Assembly: GCA_047515735.1 (NCBI GenBank) | Contig: JAKZWC010000169.1 | Location: 1 to 48,490, forward strand | Reading direction: 5' to 3' | DNA length: 48,490 nt | Origin: Spirochaetales bacterium | GTDB lineage: Bacteria > Spirochaetota > Spirochaetia > SZUA-6 > Bin103 | Shown: positions 1 to 9,525 of the stretch, one piece after another | Numbering within the stretch: the first letter of the stretch is position 1 | How the letters are laid out: each line of letters starts with the position of its first letter | Position numbers and translations under genes: made by a program | The notes under the pieces: generated by a model | Database searches by the model: none | Seen by the model: the letters and a program-made list of their open reading frames with translations, nothing else | Told to the model about the DNA's origin: nothing

Positions 1-900
1 GTGCTGGAGAGCGCGGAGCAACTCGTGGCGCTGGACGCGGTCGACGCCGTGTACATCGCCGTGCCCAACTACCTGCACGCCGCCATCAGCACCATGGCGC
101 TGCAGGCGGGCAAGCACGTGCTGCAGGAGAAGCCGCTGGCACTCAGCCTGGCGGACGCGGCACCGCTGGCCGCGGCGGCGCGGCAGTCGGGCAAGCACTT
201 CATGCTGGGCATGAACCAGCGCTTCGCGCCGCCGGTGCAACGTGCCAGACAACTGGTGGAGCAGGGATGCATCGGCCGGCCGTACCACTGCAAGGCGTAC
301 TGGCGTCGCAGGACGGGCATTCCGGGGATCGGGAGCTGGTTCACCCGCAAGCGGCACTCCGGCGGCGGCGGGCTGCTCGACATCGGCGTGCACATGCTGG
401 ACGACGCCCTCTACGAACTCGGCGACTTCGAGGTGCACTCGGTGTCCGGGGCAACCTACGCCGAGTTCGGGCCGCGCGGGCTGGGCGAAGGCGGCTGGGG
501 CCTCTCGGAACGGCCCGACACGCGCTTCGACGTGGACGACTTCGCCACCGCAATCATCAAGCTCAAGAGCGGCGCCAGCGTGGTGCTGGATGCGGTCTGG
601 GCGATGCACTCCGAGCAGCGCAGCGCCATGAACGTCGAGCTCTACGGCAGCGACGGCGCCATCGACACCTACGGCGAACGGCTCTGCCAGCCGCAGGCGG
701 ACGGCTACCACATCATCGAAACCACCGATGTCGGGGCGCTCACCTACCCGCACGCCAGCCGCTTCCACCACTTCGTGAACCTGATCCTGGGGCGCGAGGA
801 CGCGTGCGTCACCCTGGAGCAGGCGCTGACCGTGCAGCGGGTGCTGGACGCGATCTACTCCTCGGCGGCCAGCGGCAGGGAAGTGATCTTCGACGACTGA
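1..900 (+). CDS. Gfo/Idh/MocA-family NAD(P)-dependent oxidoreductase (5' end probably cut by the window edge)
   Basis: ORF 1..900. It shows the family-typical segment VYIAVPNYLHAAISTMALQAGKHVLQEKPLA (EKP motif) followed by the C-terminal alpha/beta domain. The glycine-rich dinucleotide-binding start expected upstream is absent, so the gene likely begins left of position 1. Confidence 0.85.
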   Translation: MLESAEQLVALDAVDAVYIAVPNYLHAAISTMALQAGKHVLQEKPLALSLADAAPLAAAARQSGKHFMLGMNQRFAPPVQRARQLVEQGCIGRPYHCKAYWRRRTGIPGIGSWFTRKRHSGGGGLLDIGVHMLDDALYELGDFEVHSVSGATYAEFGPRGLGEGGWGLSERPDTRFDVDDFATAIIKLKSGASVVLDAVWAMHSEQRSAMNVELYGSDGAIDTYGERLCQPQADGYHIIETTDVGALTYPHASRFHHFVNLILGREDACVTLEQALTVQRVLDAIYSSAASGREVIFDD

Positions 901-944
901 TGCCTCGTTGACCGGGCGCCGGAGATACAGGAGGATCGCCACCC

Positions 945-1898
945 ATGCGCATTCTATTTGCTGATGACACCGATATCAGCCTGAACGGGGACATCGATTT
1001 CTCCGGGCTGGAGGCGTTGGGAGAGTACCACAGCCTGCCCAACGGCTCGGTGGCCGAGATCATCGAGCACGGCGCCGCCACCGAGGTGATCGTGGTCAAC
1101 AAGGCGCTGATCACCACGGCGGTGTTCGAGGCACTGGCTGACCTGCGCCTGGTGGCGGTGAGCGCCACCGGCTACAACAACGTCGACCTGGAGGCGGCCC
1201 GCGCCGCCGGCGTCACGGTGAGCAACGTGGCCGGCTATGCCGGCGACACCGTGCCCCAGCACGCCTTCGCGCTGATCCTCAACCTGGCCACCAAGGCGTA
1301 CCGCTACGCCGCCGACGTGGCCCGCGGCGACTGGCAGCGCAGTTCGTCGTTCACGCTGCTGCGCTACCCCGCCTTCGAGCTCAAGGGGCTCACCATCGGC
1401 ATCATCGGCTTCGGGGTGATCGGCCGCGGCGTGGCGCGCATCGCCGAGGGCTTCGGCATGCGCATCCTGGCGCACGACGCCTTTCCCATCCACGACAGCC
1501 CGTACGCCAACACGCCGCTCGACGAGCTGCTGGCGGAGTCCGACTTGGTGACCATCCACAGCCCGCTCACCGACCAGACGCGCAACCTGATCGACGCCGC
1601 GGCACTGGCGCGGATGAAGCCCACCGCCTACCTGGTCAACACGGCGCGCGGCGGCATCGTCGACGAAGCGGCGCTGGCCGCGGCACTGCACGACGGGAGC
1701 CTGGCCGGGGCCGGCTTCGACGTGCTCACGGAGGAGCCGCCCAGCGCCGGCAACCCGCTGCTGGAGGCGCCCAACATCATCATCACCCCGCACAGCGCGT
1801 GGTCCACCCGCGAGGCACGCCAGAAGCTGATCGACGAGAGCGTGGAGAACATCCGCGCCTTCATCGCCGGCACCCCGCGCAACGTGGTCAGCGCCTAG
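945..1898 (+). CDS. D-isomer-specific 2-hydroxyacid dehydrogenase (glycerate dehydrogenase / hydroxypyruvate reductase-like)
   Basis: 317-aa ORF with ATG at 945, preceded by AGGAGGA at 929-935. NAD-binding GIIGFGVIGRGVARIA, then NTARGGIVDE and ITPHSAWST (catalytic His region), typical of the family. Confidence 0.85.
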   Translation: MRILFADDTDISLNGDIDFSGLEALGEYHSLPNGSVAEIIEHGAATEVIVVNKALITTAVFEALADLRLVAVSATGYNNVDLEAARAAGVTVSNVAGYAGDTVPQHAFALILNLATKAYRYAADVARGDWQRSSSFTLLRYPAFELKGLTIGIIGFGVIGRGVARIAEGFGMRILAHDAFPIHDSPYANTPLDELLAESDLVTIHSPLTDQTRNLIDAAALARMKPTAYLVNTARGGIVDEAALAAALHDGSLAGAGFDVLTEEPPSAGNPLLEAPNIIITPHSAWSTREARQKLIDESVENIRAFIAGTPRNVVSA

Positions 1899-1899
1899 C

Positions 1900-4182
1900 C
1901 TACACCCACAACAGGTTTTCGGTGTCCAGCTCCTCGACGGGGAGCAGTTCCGTCACCTCATCCACGGTGGTGGCGGCCACCATGCGTTCGGCCAGGGCTT
2001 GCGCGGCGGCCAGCTCGATGCCGGAGATGGCCGCCTGCACCGCCGGCAGGTAGATCGGCTCCACGCTCAGGCTGCGCACCCCGATGCCGATCAGAAACGG
2101 CAGGTACTGGGCCTGGTGCGCCATGTCGCCGCACACCGACACCTCCACCCCCCGGCGGGTGCAGGCCGTGACCACCGCATGCAGCGTGCGCAGCACGGCC
2201 GGGTGATGCGGCAGGTAGAGGTGGGCCACTTTCTCATTGGTGCGGTCCACCGCCAGCAGGTACTGAATCAGGTCGTTGGTGCCGATGGAGAGGAAGTCCG
2301 CCTCGCGCGCGAAGTCGTCGATCAAGGGGACGACGGAAGGCACCTCCACCATCGCCCCGACCGCCACCTCGGTGCTGATCTGATGGTCCTCCTTGCGCAG
2401 CTCGGCGGCACACTGCTCCACCGCGGCCCGGCCGGCGCGCAACTCCTCGATGGAGGTCACCATGGGGAACATCACGTGCAGCTTGCGCCCGCGGTTGGCG
2501 CGCAGCATGGCGCGCAGTTGCTGGGTGAAGATGTCAAGGTTGCGCAGGCTGAAGCGTATGGAGCGCACCCCCAGGAACGGGTTCTGCTCGCGCATGTCGG
2601 GAAAGTAGGGGAGCACCTTGTCGCCCCCGATGTCGAGGGTACGGAACAGGATGTCGCCGTTCGGGAAGCGCGCCACCAAGTCGCGGTACAGGGTGTACTG
2701 CTCCTCCTCCGTGGGCAGCTCACGCCGCACCATGAAGGGGAACTCGGTGCGGTACAGCCCGATCCCCTCGGCGCCGAGTTGGCGCGCCAGGTCGGCGTCG
2801 CTCATCAGGTTGACGTTGGCCATGAGCCGCACCAGCGTGCCGTCCGCGGTGGCGGTCTGCGGCTCGATGGTGCCGCGCGGCTCCGGCGCCTGCTGCGCGG
2901 CGAGCCGGGCGCCGAAATGGGCCGCCACCGCCTCGCTGGGCCTGACGTACACCCGGCCGTGGTCGGCGTCGAGCAGGAGGTCGGTTCCGGGCGCCAGCAC
3001 CAGCAGGCGCGGGTCGTCGACGATGACCAGCGGCACCACCAGGGAGCGTGCCAGGATGGCGACGTGGGAGGTCACCCCGCCGGTCACCAGCACCACGCCG
3101 GCCGCCTGCTGCGACGACAGCCGCAGGAGCTGCGACGGGAAGAACTCGCGGGCGATGACGATGCGCCCGCGCCATTCGGTGGCCTCGGCCTCGGCGTCGC
3201 TGATGTTGTGCAGCAGGCGCGTGACCAGGTCCTTCACGTCGTTGGCCTTCTCGCGCACGAAGCCGACGTTGCTGGACTGGAAGCGGTGTACGTACTCGTC
3301 GGAGATCCTCAGCACCGCCTGCGGCACAGCGACTCCCTCGTCGATCAGGCGCTCGACGGCGTCCGTGAACCCGGGGTCCTTGAGGATCAGGAGATGGGAC
3401 GAAAAGATCAGCGAGGCGACGTCGGACAGCCGCTCACCCACCTGCGCCTGCATCTCCTCCAACTGCTCCTCGGTGGCGCTGATGGCGGCGCGGAAGTCAT
3501 CCAGGACCAGGTCGGGCGGATAGTCGGCGGCGGCCAGCGAATCGTACTGCCCCTCCCGGTCCAGCCGCAGGCTCGGGCCGCGCGCCAGCCCGCCGGAAGC
3601 CACCTGGCCTTCGAAGGTGGCGACCGATTCCAGCGGCGAGTCGTCGCCCTCGCTGGGAGTGGGCGCCGCCCCCAGCAACAGGCGCGCGTTCTCGATCGCG
3701 CCGGTGAGCTGGGCGCCCACCGCGCGCAGCCCCTGCACGTCCATACGCGTGAACTGGTGGTTCCTCCGGCGCTGTACCACGAGCACGCCGACCCGGGTAA
3801 TGCCGCGCAGCAGCGGCACCGCCAGGAAGCACTCGAACTCCTCTTCCCTGAGGTGCGGCACATGGCGGTAGTAGGGGCTGGCGCTGGCTATCGGCTCCAC
3901 GATGTGACGGAGTTGCTTGAGCGCCACGCCGGTGAGCCCCTCGCCCAGCTTCAGGCGTACCTTCCCCACCAGCTCGCGGTTGAGGCCGTGGGTGGCGCTG
4001 AGGGTAAGCTCGCGGTCGCTGGGATCGTAGAGATAGATCGAACACACCTCGGCATCGACGTGCACGGCCACCATCGTGGCCGTGCGCTGGAGGAACGTGC
4101 TCAGGTCAAGCGCTTCGTGAAACAGCGCGCTGAGCTCGCCGATGTCGCAGACCAGGCTGTAGTGCTCCACCTTCATTGACAT
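1900..4182 (-). CDS. ptsP: Phosphoenolpyruvate-protein phosphotransferase with N-terminal GAF domain (PTS-Ntr enzyme I)
   Basis: 760-aa ORF. N-terminal GAF-like region (VCSIYLYD...GEGLTGVA...FLAVPL), followed by PEP-utilising enzyme motifs (GGVTSHVAILARSL phospho-His region; GIGLYRTEFPF; SIGTNDLIQY). Convergent with the previous gene, with stops 1 nt apart. Confidence 0.85.
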   Translation of the reverse strand: MSMKVEHYSLVCDIGELSALFHEALDLSTFLQRTATMVAVHVDAEVCSIYLYDPSDRELTLSATHGLNRELVGKVRLKLGEGLTGVALKQLRHIVEPIASASPYYRHVPHLREEEFECFLAVPLLRGITRVGVLVVQRRRNHQFTRMDVQGLRAVGAQLTGAIENARLLLGAAPTPSEGDDSPLESVATFEGQVASGGLARGPSLRLDREGQYDSLAAADYPPDLVLDDFRAAISATEEQLEEMQAQVGERLSDVASLIFSSHLLILKDPGFTDAVERLIDEGVAVPQAVLRISDEYVHRFQSSNVGFVREKANDVKDLVTRLLHNISDAEAEATEWRGRIVIAREFFPSQLLRLSSQQAAGVVLVTGGVTSHVAILARSLVVPLVIVDDPRLLVLAPGTDLLLDADHGRVYVRPSEAVAAHFGARLAAQQAPEPRGTIEPQTATADGTLVRLMANVNLMSDADLARQLGAEGIGLYRTEFPFMVRRELPTEEEQYTLYRDLVARFPNGDILFRTLDIGGDKVLPYFPDMREQNPFLGVRSIRFSLRNLDIFTQQLRAMLRANRGRKLHVMFPMVTSIEELRAGRAAVEQCAAELRKEDHQISTEVAVGAMVEVPSVVPLIDDFAREADFLSIGTNDLIQYLLAVDRTNEKVAHLYLPHHPAVLRTLHAVVTACTRRGVEVSVCGDMAHQAQYLPFLIGIGVRSLSVEPIYLPAVQAAISGIELAAAQALAERMVAATTVDEVTELLPVEELDTENLLWV

Positions 4183-4250
4183 CCCGGGCCCGCGCCGTAC
4201 CGCACCGGCGCCGGCACGCCGTGTCCGGGTAATATACTCCAGGATCGAAA

Positions 4251-5114
4251 ATGGTGAAGCTTCACGACCAGCACCTGCACTCGCGCCACTCCGTCGACTC
4301 CAAGGCGGATCCGGCAGCCAACTGTGAACAGGCCCTGGCCGCCGGTCTCGGCGGCCTGACGTTCACCGAGCACTACGACATGCACCCGAGCGAGCGCGAC
4401 CAATGTCAATGGGACTACGACGCCATCGCGGCCACGATCACGGAACTGCGCCGCCGCTTTTCGCCCCAGCTCGCCATCGGCTTCGGCATCGAGGTGGACT
4501 ACCAGCCGACGCTGGTCGAGCAGACCCTGGACTACCTCGACCGGCACCCCTTCGACGTGGTGCTGCTCAGCGTCCACTGGTGCGGCGGCCGGCCCCTGCA
4601 CCTGCACCGGCGCTGGCAGCAGCTCGATGCCGCGGCCATGCGCCGCGACTACCTGGCTGCGCTGCGCGAGATGGCCGAGCTGTGCCGCGACCTGGCGGCC
4701 GCCGGGAGGTGTCCGTTCGACATCATCAGCCACCTCGACTACGTCAAACGCTACCTGCTCAGCTACTGGGACACGTCACTGGGGACCCTGGAGCCGGCGC
4801 TGCTGGACCCGATCCTGGAGGCGATCATCGCCGCCGGCGTGGTGCCCGAGATCAATACCGCGGGGCTGCGGCGCGAGGAGGCGGCGGCCTACCCCGACTG
4901 GCCGATCCTGCAGCGCTACCGTGACCTCGGCGGACGCGCCGTGAGCATCGGTAGCGACGCCCACCGCAGCCACGAGATCGGCCACGGGTTCGCTGAGGTG
5001 GCGTTACGCCTGCAGGCAATGGGCTTCGCCGGCGAGACGGTGTTCGAGGAGCGCCGGCCGCGCATCATTGCCTGGAGAGAAGACGCCCAGGGGCGCAACG
5101 CACGTTCCTCCTGA
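4251..5114 (+). CDS. PHP-domain histidinol-phosphatase family protein (HisJ/HisK-like)
   Basis: 287-aa ORF. N-terminal DQHLHSRHSVDS metal-binding motif, TEHYD, SVHW, ISHLDY and C-terminal IGSDAHRSHEIG match the PHP phosphoesterase pattern. Confidence 0.75.
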   Translation: MVKLHDQHLHSRHSVDSKADPAANCEQALAAGLGGLTFTEHYDMHPSERDQCQWDYDAIAATITELRRRFSPQLAIGFGIEVDYQPTLVEQTLDYLDRHPFDVVLLSVHWCGGRPLHLHRRWQQLDAAAMRRDYLAALREMAELCRDLAAAGRCPFDIISHLDYVKRYLLSYWDTSLGTLEPALLDPILEAIIAAGVVPEINTAGLRREEAAAYPDWPILQRYRDLGGRAVSIGSDAHRSHEIGHGFAEVALRLQAMGFAGETVFEERRPRIIAWREDAQGRNARSS

Positions 5115-5169
5115 GGATTGTCGCAACGAGCGGATTGGCCTACACTATGCGTGCTGAAGGAGCAACCAG

Positions 5170-7518
5170 ATGAGCGATACCACCACCACCACCAAGTCGG
5201 GCTACCGCTGGATCGGCAAGCGGCCGATTCGCCACGACGGCGTCGACAAGGTCACCGGGCGCGCCCAGTACGGCGCTGACTTTGCGCTGCCCGGAATGCT
5301 GTACGGCAGGGCGCTGCGCAGCACCTACGCCCACGCCCGCATCAAGTCGATCGACACCAGCGCGGCGCGTGCCCTGGAAGGGGTCAAGGACGTGATCACC
5401 GCGGCCGACTTCCCCGAGGTCAGCGCCGCAGGGCAGATCGACGCGGAGGCGCCGGCCAGCATCAAGGATACGGCCCACAACGTGATCGCCCGCGACAAGG
5501 TGCGCTACCACGGCCACGCCGTAGCGGCCGTGGCCGCCGTCAGCCCCGCCATAGCCGACGCAGCGCTCAAGCTGATCAAGGTCGACTACGAGCCGCTGCC
5601 GGTGGTGCTGGACGTGATGGAGGCGTGCGCCGCGGACGCGCCGCTGATCGACGAGTCGCAGCGCACCAACGGCGAGGCCGATGCCGCCCCCTCCAACGTC
5701 GCCTCGAGCAACACGTTCGAGGGCGGCGACCTCACGCAGGGCTTCGACGCCGCCGACGTGATCATCGAGCACGAGTTCGACAGCGGCACCGTGCACCAGG
5801 GTTACATCGAGACCCACGCCTGCTTGGCGCGCGCCACGGAGAGCGGCGAGATCACCCTGTGGGTATCCAGCCAGGGCCACTTCTCGATCCGCGACAGCGC
5901 CGCCCAGGTGCTGGCCATCGAGCCCTCCAAGATCCGGGCGATCCCCGCCGAGATCGGCGGCGGCTTCGGCGGCAAGACCACGGTCTACCTGGAGCCGATG
6001 GCGATCCTGATGGCGCAGCGCACCGGCCATCCGGTGAAGATGGTGATGACCCGCGACGAGGTGTTCCGCGCCACCGGCCCGGCACCGGGCAGCCACACCC
6101 GCATCAGGATGGGCGCCACCCGCGACGGCCGCATCACCGCGGTGGACTGCGACCTGTGGTTCGAGGCCGGCGGCTTTCCCGGCTCCGCGGTGGGTGCCGC
6201 CATGATGGCGCTGATCTCTCCCTACGACGTGGCCAACTTCCGCATCGTCGGCTACGACGTGCTGGTCAACAAGCCCAAGTCGCACGCCTACCGTGCGCCG
6301 GGCGCGCCCAACGCCGCCCACGCCAGCGAGTGCGTGATCGACGAGATCTGCGAGCAGATCAACATGGACCCGCTGGAGTTCCGCCTCAAGAACGCGGCCA
6401 AGAAGGGCACCAAGGCGCCCTACGGTCCGGTGTTCCCCGAGATCGGCATGGTGGAGACGGTGCAGGCATGCCTGGATCATCCCCACTACCGGGCACCGCT
6501 GGGACCCAACCAGGGCCGCGGCGTGGCCTCCGGCTTCTGGATGAACGGCGGCGGCGATGCCACCGCCCACATCGCCGTCCAGCCGGACGGCATGGTGACG
6601 CTGGTGACCGGCCGCCCCGACATCGGCGGCTCCCGCGCCGGCCACGCCATGGTGCTGGCCGAGGAGCTGGGCATCGACGTGGATAACGTGCGGCCCTCGA
6701 TCGGCGATACCGACGCCATCGGCTTCAACGGCGTCACCGGCGGCAGCAGCACCGCCTACTCCGCGGCGGTGGCGGTGCACGAGGCGGCGCAGAAACTGAT
6801 CGCCGACGCCCGCCGCCGAGCGGCCGAGATCTGGGACGTGCAGTCCGACGACGTCGAGTGGCGCGACGGCGCCGCCCACCTCAAGGCGGGAGTCAACGGC
6901 ACCGAGGCGCCGCTCACGCTCGCAGACCTGGCGGACAAGGCGTCGCAGACCGGTGGGCCGCTGGCGGCCGACGCGTCGGTCAACGCCAAGGGCGCCGCGC
7001 CCGCGCTCGGCACCCACATCTGCGACGTGGAGGTGGATCCGGAGACCGGCAAGGTGGACGTCATCCGCTACACCGTGGCGCAGGACGCCGGCCGCGCGAT
7101 CCACAAGAGCTACGTGGAAGGCCAGCTGCAGGGCGGCGCCGTGCAGGGCATCGGCTGGGCGCTCAACGAGGAGTACCTGTTCAACGAAGACGGCGTGATG
7201 GAGAACGCCGGCTTCCTGGATTACCGCATGCCGGTGGCGCTGGACCTGCCGATGATCGACACGGTAGTGGTCGAGGTGCCCAACCCGCGCCATCCCTACG
7301 GCGTGCGCGGCGTCGGCGAAAACGCCATCGTGCAACCGCTGGCGGCGGTCGCCAACGCCATCTACGATGCCGTCGGCGTGCGCCTGTACAGCGTCCCGAT
7401 GTCACCGCCCCGGGTGCTCAAGGCGCTGCACGACGCGCAGGCCGCCCGTCACGTCGCGGCCTCCGGCAACGGCACCGCCGCCGCGGAACGGCAACCGGAG
7501 CCGGTCACCGCGCGCTGA
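5170..7518 (+). CDS. Xanthine dehydrogenase / aldehyde oxidase family molybdopterin-binding (large) subunit
   Basis: 782-aa ORF with GAAGGAG Shine-Dalgarno at 5154-5160. The a/b-hammerhead start (GKRPIRHDGVDKVTGRAQYGAD), IGGGFGGK, and C-terminal PYGVRGVGE are typical of Mo-hydroxylase large subunits. Confidence 0.85.
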   Translation: MSDTTTTTKSGYRWIGKRPIRHDGVDKVTGRAQYGADFALPGMLYGRALRSTYAHARIKSIDTSAARALEGVKDVITAADFPEVSAAGQIDAEAPASIKDTAHNVIARDKVRYHGHAVAAVAAVSPAIADAALKLIKVDYEPLPVVLDVMEACAADAPLIDESQRTNGEADAAPSNVASSNTFEGGDLTQGFDAADVIIEHEFDSGTVHQGYIETHACLARATESGEITLWVSSQGHFSIRDSAAQVLAIEPSKIRAIPAEIGGGFGGKTTVYLEPMAILMAQRTGHPVKMVMTRDEVFRATGPAPGSHTRIRMGATRDGRITAVDCDLWFEAGGFPGSAVGAAMMALISPYDVANFRIVGYDVLVNKPKSHAYRAPGAPNAAHASECVIDEICEQINMDPLEFRLKNAAKKGTKAPYGPVFPEIGMVETVQACLDHPHYRAPLGPNQGRGVASGFWMNGGGDATAHIAVQPDGMVTLVTGRPDIGGSRAGHAMVLAEELGIDVDNVRPSIGDTDAIGFNGVTGGSSTAYSAAVAVHEAAQKLIADARRRAAEIWDVQSDDVEWRDGAAHLKAGVNGTEAPLTLADLADKASQTGGPLAADASVNAKGAAPALGTHICDVEVDPETGKVDVIRYTVAQDAGRAIHKSYVEGQLQGGAVQGIGWALNEEYLFNEDGVMENAGFLDYRMPVALDLPMIDTVVVEVPNPRHPYGVRGVGENAIVQPLAAVANAIYDAVGVRLYSVPMSPPRVLKALHDAQAARHVAASGNGTAAAERQPEPVTAR

Positions 7519-7667
7519 GACCACGCAGCAAGACCCAAGCACTATAGGCCGGCGCCCGCAGGGAGTGCCCCCGCAGGCGCCGGCTGCCCGATCATCCTGA
7601 TTACTGGGTACGCCGGCGCCCCTGGGCTGGGCTACTCGCCAGGGTGGACGAGATCGACCCGTTGATC

Positions 7668-7775
7668 GTCCCACGCCGCGGTGCTGGGATGAAGCTAATC
7701 GCGGTCATCCGGGATCCTGCCGAGATCAGCAAGATTCCGGCCCACCTGATGAGCACCCGTCGGGCACCTCTGGGG
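7668..7775 (+). mobile_element. Possible decayed C-terminal remnant of an IS91-family (Y2 HUH, rolling-circle) transposase
   Basis: The translation VPRRGAGMKLIAVIRDPAEISKIPAHLMSTRRAPLG resembles the recalled C-terminal signature of IS91/IS801/ISCR transposases (CPxCGGxhxhIAxIxdPxvIxKILxHLGLxxRAPP). Only about 36 codons survive, with no upstream catalytic part. The comparison is from memory only. Confidence 0.35.
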
Positions 7776-8155
7776 CGGCTCCGAAATCCGCACCGTGAGG
7801 ATCGGAGCTTCGGTGTCCATTTGCCGCTTCAACCGCATGCGGAGTTCCGCCATGGTGTCGGCGTGACGCGCGGTCGCCCACCAAGTTGCCGCCTCGTTGG
7901 GACGGAACAACAGATCGCAGACCTGCTCTTTGGGCATCGGCTGGCTCTCTACTAGCCGTGGCGCAGCGATTTCTTTGAGCTGCTGCCGGCGCTGAAGTCG
8001 CCGGCGCTCCACGGGTCGGGAGAGCGCTCCGAGTCGTATGCCATTGGAACGGTTCCTGCCTCACACGTTGTGCGCCCTGCAAGCTGACTTTGCAGATCGT
8101 GGGTACTTGTGGCATAGTTCCATGTGGTCTCCAACCCGACCTGAGCAGGCGCGCT

Positions 8156-9385
8156 ATGTACATCGAATCAATTACCATGCGTGAATTCCGAACTTTCAAG
8201 CAGGTGAGCACCAACTTCCTGCATCCCGATGAGCAGTACGGCGATGAACATGAACCGCCAGGTGTTACGAACATGAACCTCATGATCGGGACAAATGGAT
8301 CAGGCAAGACGACGCTCCTCAAGGGTATAGCCCTGGCAGCTCTCGGACCCGCCGTGGCTGACTCGGGACTGTTCCCCTACTACCTTATTCGACGCGTATT
8401 CGGCCAAGAAGGTAATCGTGAGGCGTCGATCAAGGCGGTCTTCATTCCCAACAGACAGGATCGAAAGAATGGTTTTCCAGAGTCAGTCGAGAGAATCCAC
8501 TCTCACATCCGCATCGACCACCGTGGCGATCTTGAAAGGCTCAAGTGGGCACATGATGACGACAAACACTGGCACCCGATCTTCAGCAGCCGTTCGGACG
8601 CTTTCTTCTTCGTAGGATACGGCTCGAGTAGGCGCGTTGAGAAGGCTGATCGAGTTGACGAAGCGGGACGAAGAGTGTCGTCTTTCTCTCGTGCACGACG
8701 GATCATGAGCCTATTCGAGGAAGCATACTCACTGCTTCCATTGAGTCACTGGTTGCCACGGTACCAGGACAATGATCCGGCTCGTTTCGCCGAGGTGAGA
8801 GAGCTCGTCAACCGTCTCCTCGGTCGCGACCGATACCGATTCACGGGTGATATGGAAGACGGAGAGTACCTCTTTGAGGACCGGAATATTCGTGTTCCAT
8901 TTCCAGCGCTATCTGACGGATATCGCGCTCTACTCGGGTGGATTGGCGACCTATTGTATCACATTTGCGAGACCTGTCCCAGTGGGAAGCGGATTGCAGA
9001 GAACCAAGGCATCGTAATGATCGACGAGGTTGATCTACACATTCATCCGGGATGGCAGATGCGATTACTACCCGAAATCGCTCGACAGTTGCCACGAATC
9101 CAGTTTATCGTCACGTCTCACAGCCCTCTCCTGGTGGGGTCTCTTGAATGGCGGAACATCATCGTTATCCGACAGATCACAGACGGCAGCAGCTTGGAGC
9201 GGGTACGAGCTCAAGTATCCAGAATGGACGCCGATCAGATCCTCTTGACCGATATCTTCGGCCTTGAGTCGACACGATCGGCATCTCAGACGCGCCGGAT
9301 ACGGGCGCTTCTCGCGCACGCCCGGGATGGGGATACCGAGGCGGCCCGGAAGCTGATGGCTGAGTTATCGGGGTCGAATCACTGA
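8156..9385 (+). CDS. ABC/SMC-like AAA ATPase (AAA_21/AAA_15 type), PtuA-like component of a Septu-like defence cassette
   Basis: I place the start at ATG 8156 (MYIESITMREFRTFK, the usual I-x-x-I-x-I-x-N-F-R-type N-terminus), not 8090. Walker A GTNGSGKTT at 8288-8314. ABC signature-like LSDGYRALL at 8909-8935. Walker B IVMIDEVD at 9011-9034, followed by LHIHP. H-loop TSHSP. G+C is much lower than in the flanking genes. Confidence 0.85.
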   Translation: MYIESITMREFRTFKQVSTNFLHPDEQYGDEHEPPGVTNMNLMIGTNGSGKTTLLKGIALAALGPAVADSGLFPYYLIRRVFGQEGNREASIKAVFIPNRQDRKNGFPESVERIHSHIRIDHRGDLERLKWAHDDDKHWHPIFSSRSDAFFFVGYGSSRRVEKADRVDEAGRRVSSFSRARRIMSLFEEAYSLLPLSHWLPRYQDNDPARFAEVRELVNRLLGRDRYRFTGDMEDGEYLFEDRNIRVPFPALSDGYRALLGWIGDLLYHICETCPSGKRIAENQGIVMIDEVDLHIHPGWQMRLLPEIARQLPRIQFIVTSHSPLLVGSLEWRNIIVIRQITDGSSLERVRAQVSRMDADQILLTDIFGLESTRSASQTRRIRALLAHARDGDTEAARKLMAELSGSNH

Positions 9386-9525
9386 TCCGCTACGACGTCA
9401 CACTGGATCGACTTGAGGAACTGCTCGAACAACATAAACCGGGATGGATCAAGCGTGCAAAAGAGCGGACCGATTCATTCCGCGAAGAGGGGAGGTACGA
9501 GGATCGGAGCACCATCTGGGGTGAG

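Noticed and set aside
5140-7335. 731-aa minus-strand ORF, and similar giants: 1999..4179 (+), 19749..21494 (-), 35242..38868 (+), 15005..17170 (+), 954..1793 (-)
   Set aside because: - Each lies antisense to, or out of frame with, a gene that has clear family motifs.
- The translations are Arg/Ala/Gly/His/Pro-rich with no recognisable motifs.
- This is the expected stop-codon-poor shadow frame of high-G+C DNA.
7548-7584. Hairpin after the Mo-hydroxylase stop: GCCGGCGCC (7548-7556) pairing with GGCGCCGGC (7576-7584)
   Set aside because: - The 9-bp G/C stem comes with a 19-nt loop and no downstream T-tract.
- That is too weak to call an intrinsic terminator.
7695-8012. 105-aa minus-strand ORF (GTG 8012) in the island's left flank: MERRRLQRRQQLKEIAAPRLVESQPMPKEQVCDLLFRPNEAATWWATARHADTMAELRMRLKRQ...
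   Set aside because: - I considered it as an Xre/excisionase-like or integrase fragment that could be a third island gene.
- I could not match it to any family motif.
- It overlaps the IS91-like remnant frame on the other strand.
- It is left uncalled, and a BLASTP/HHpred check would settle it.
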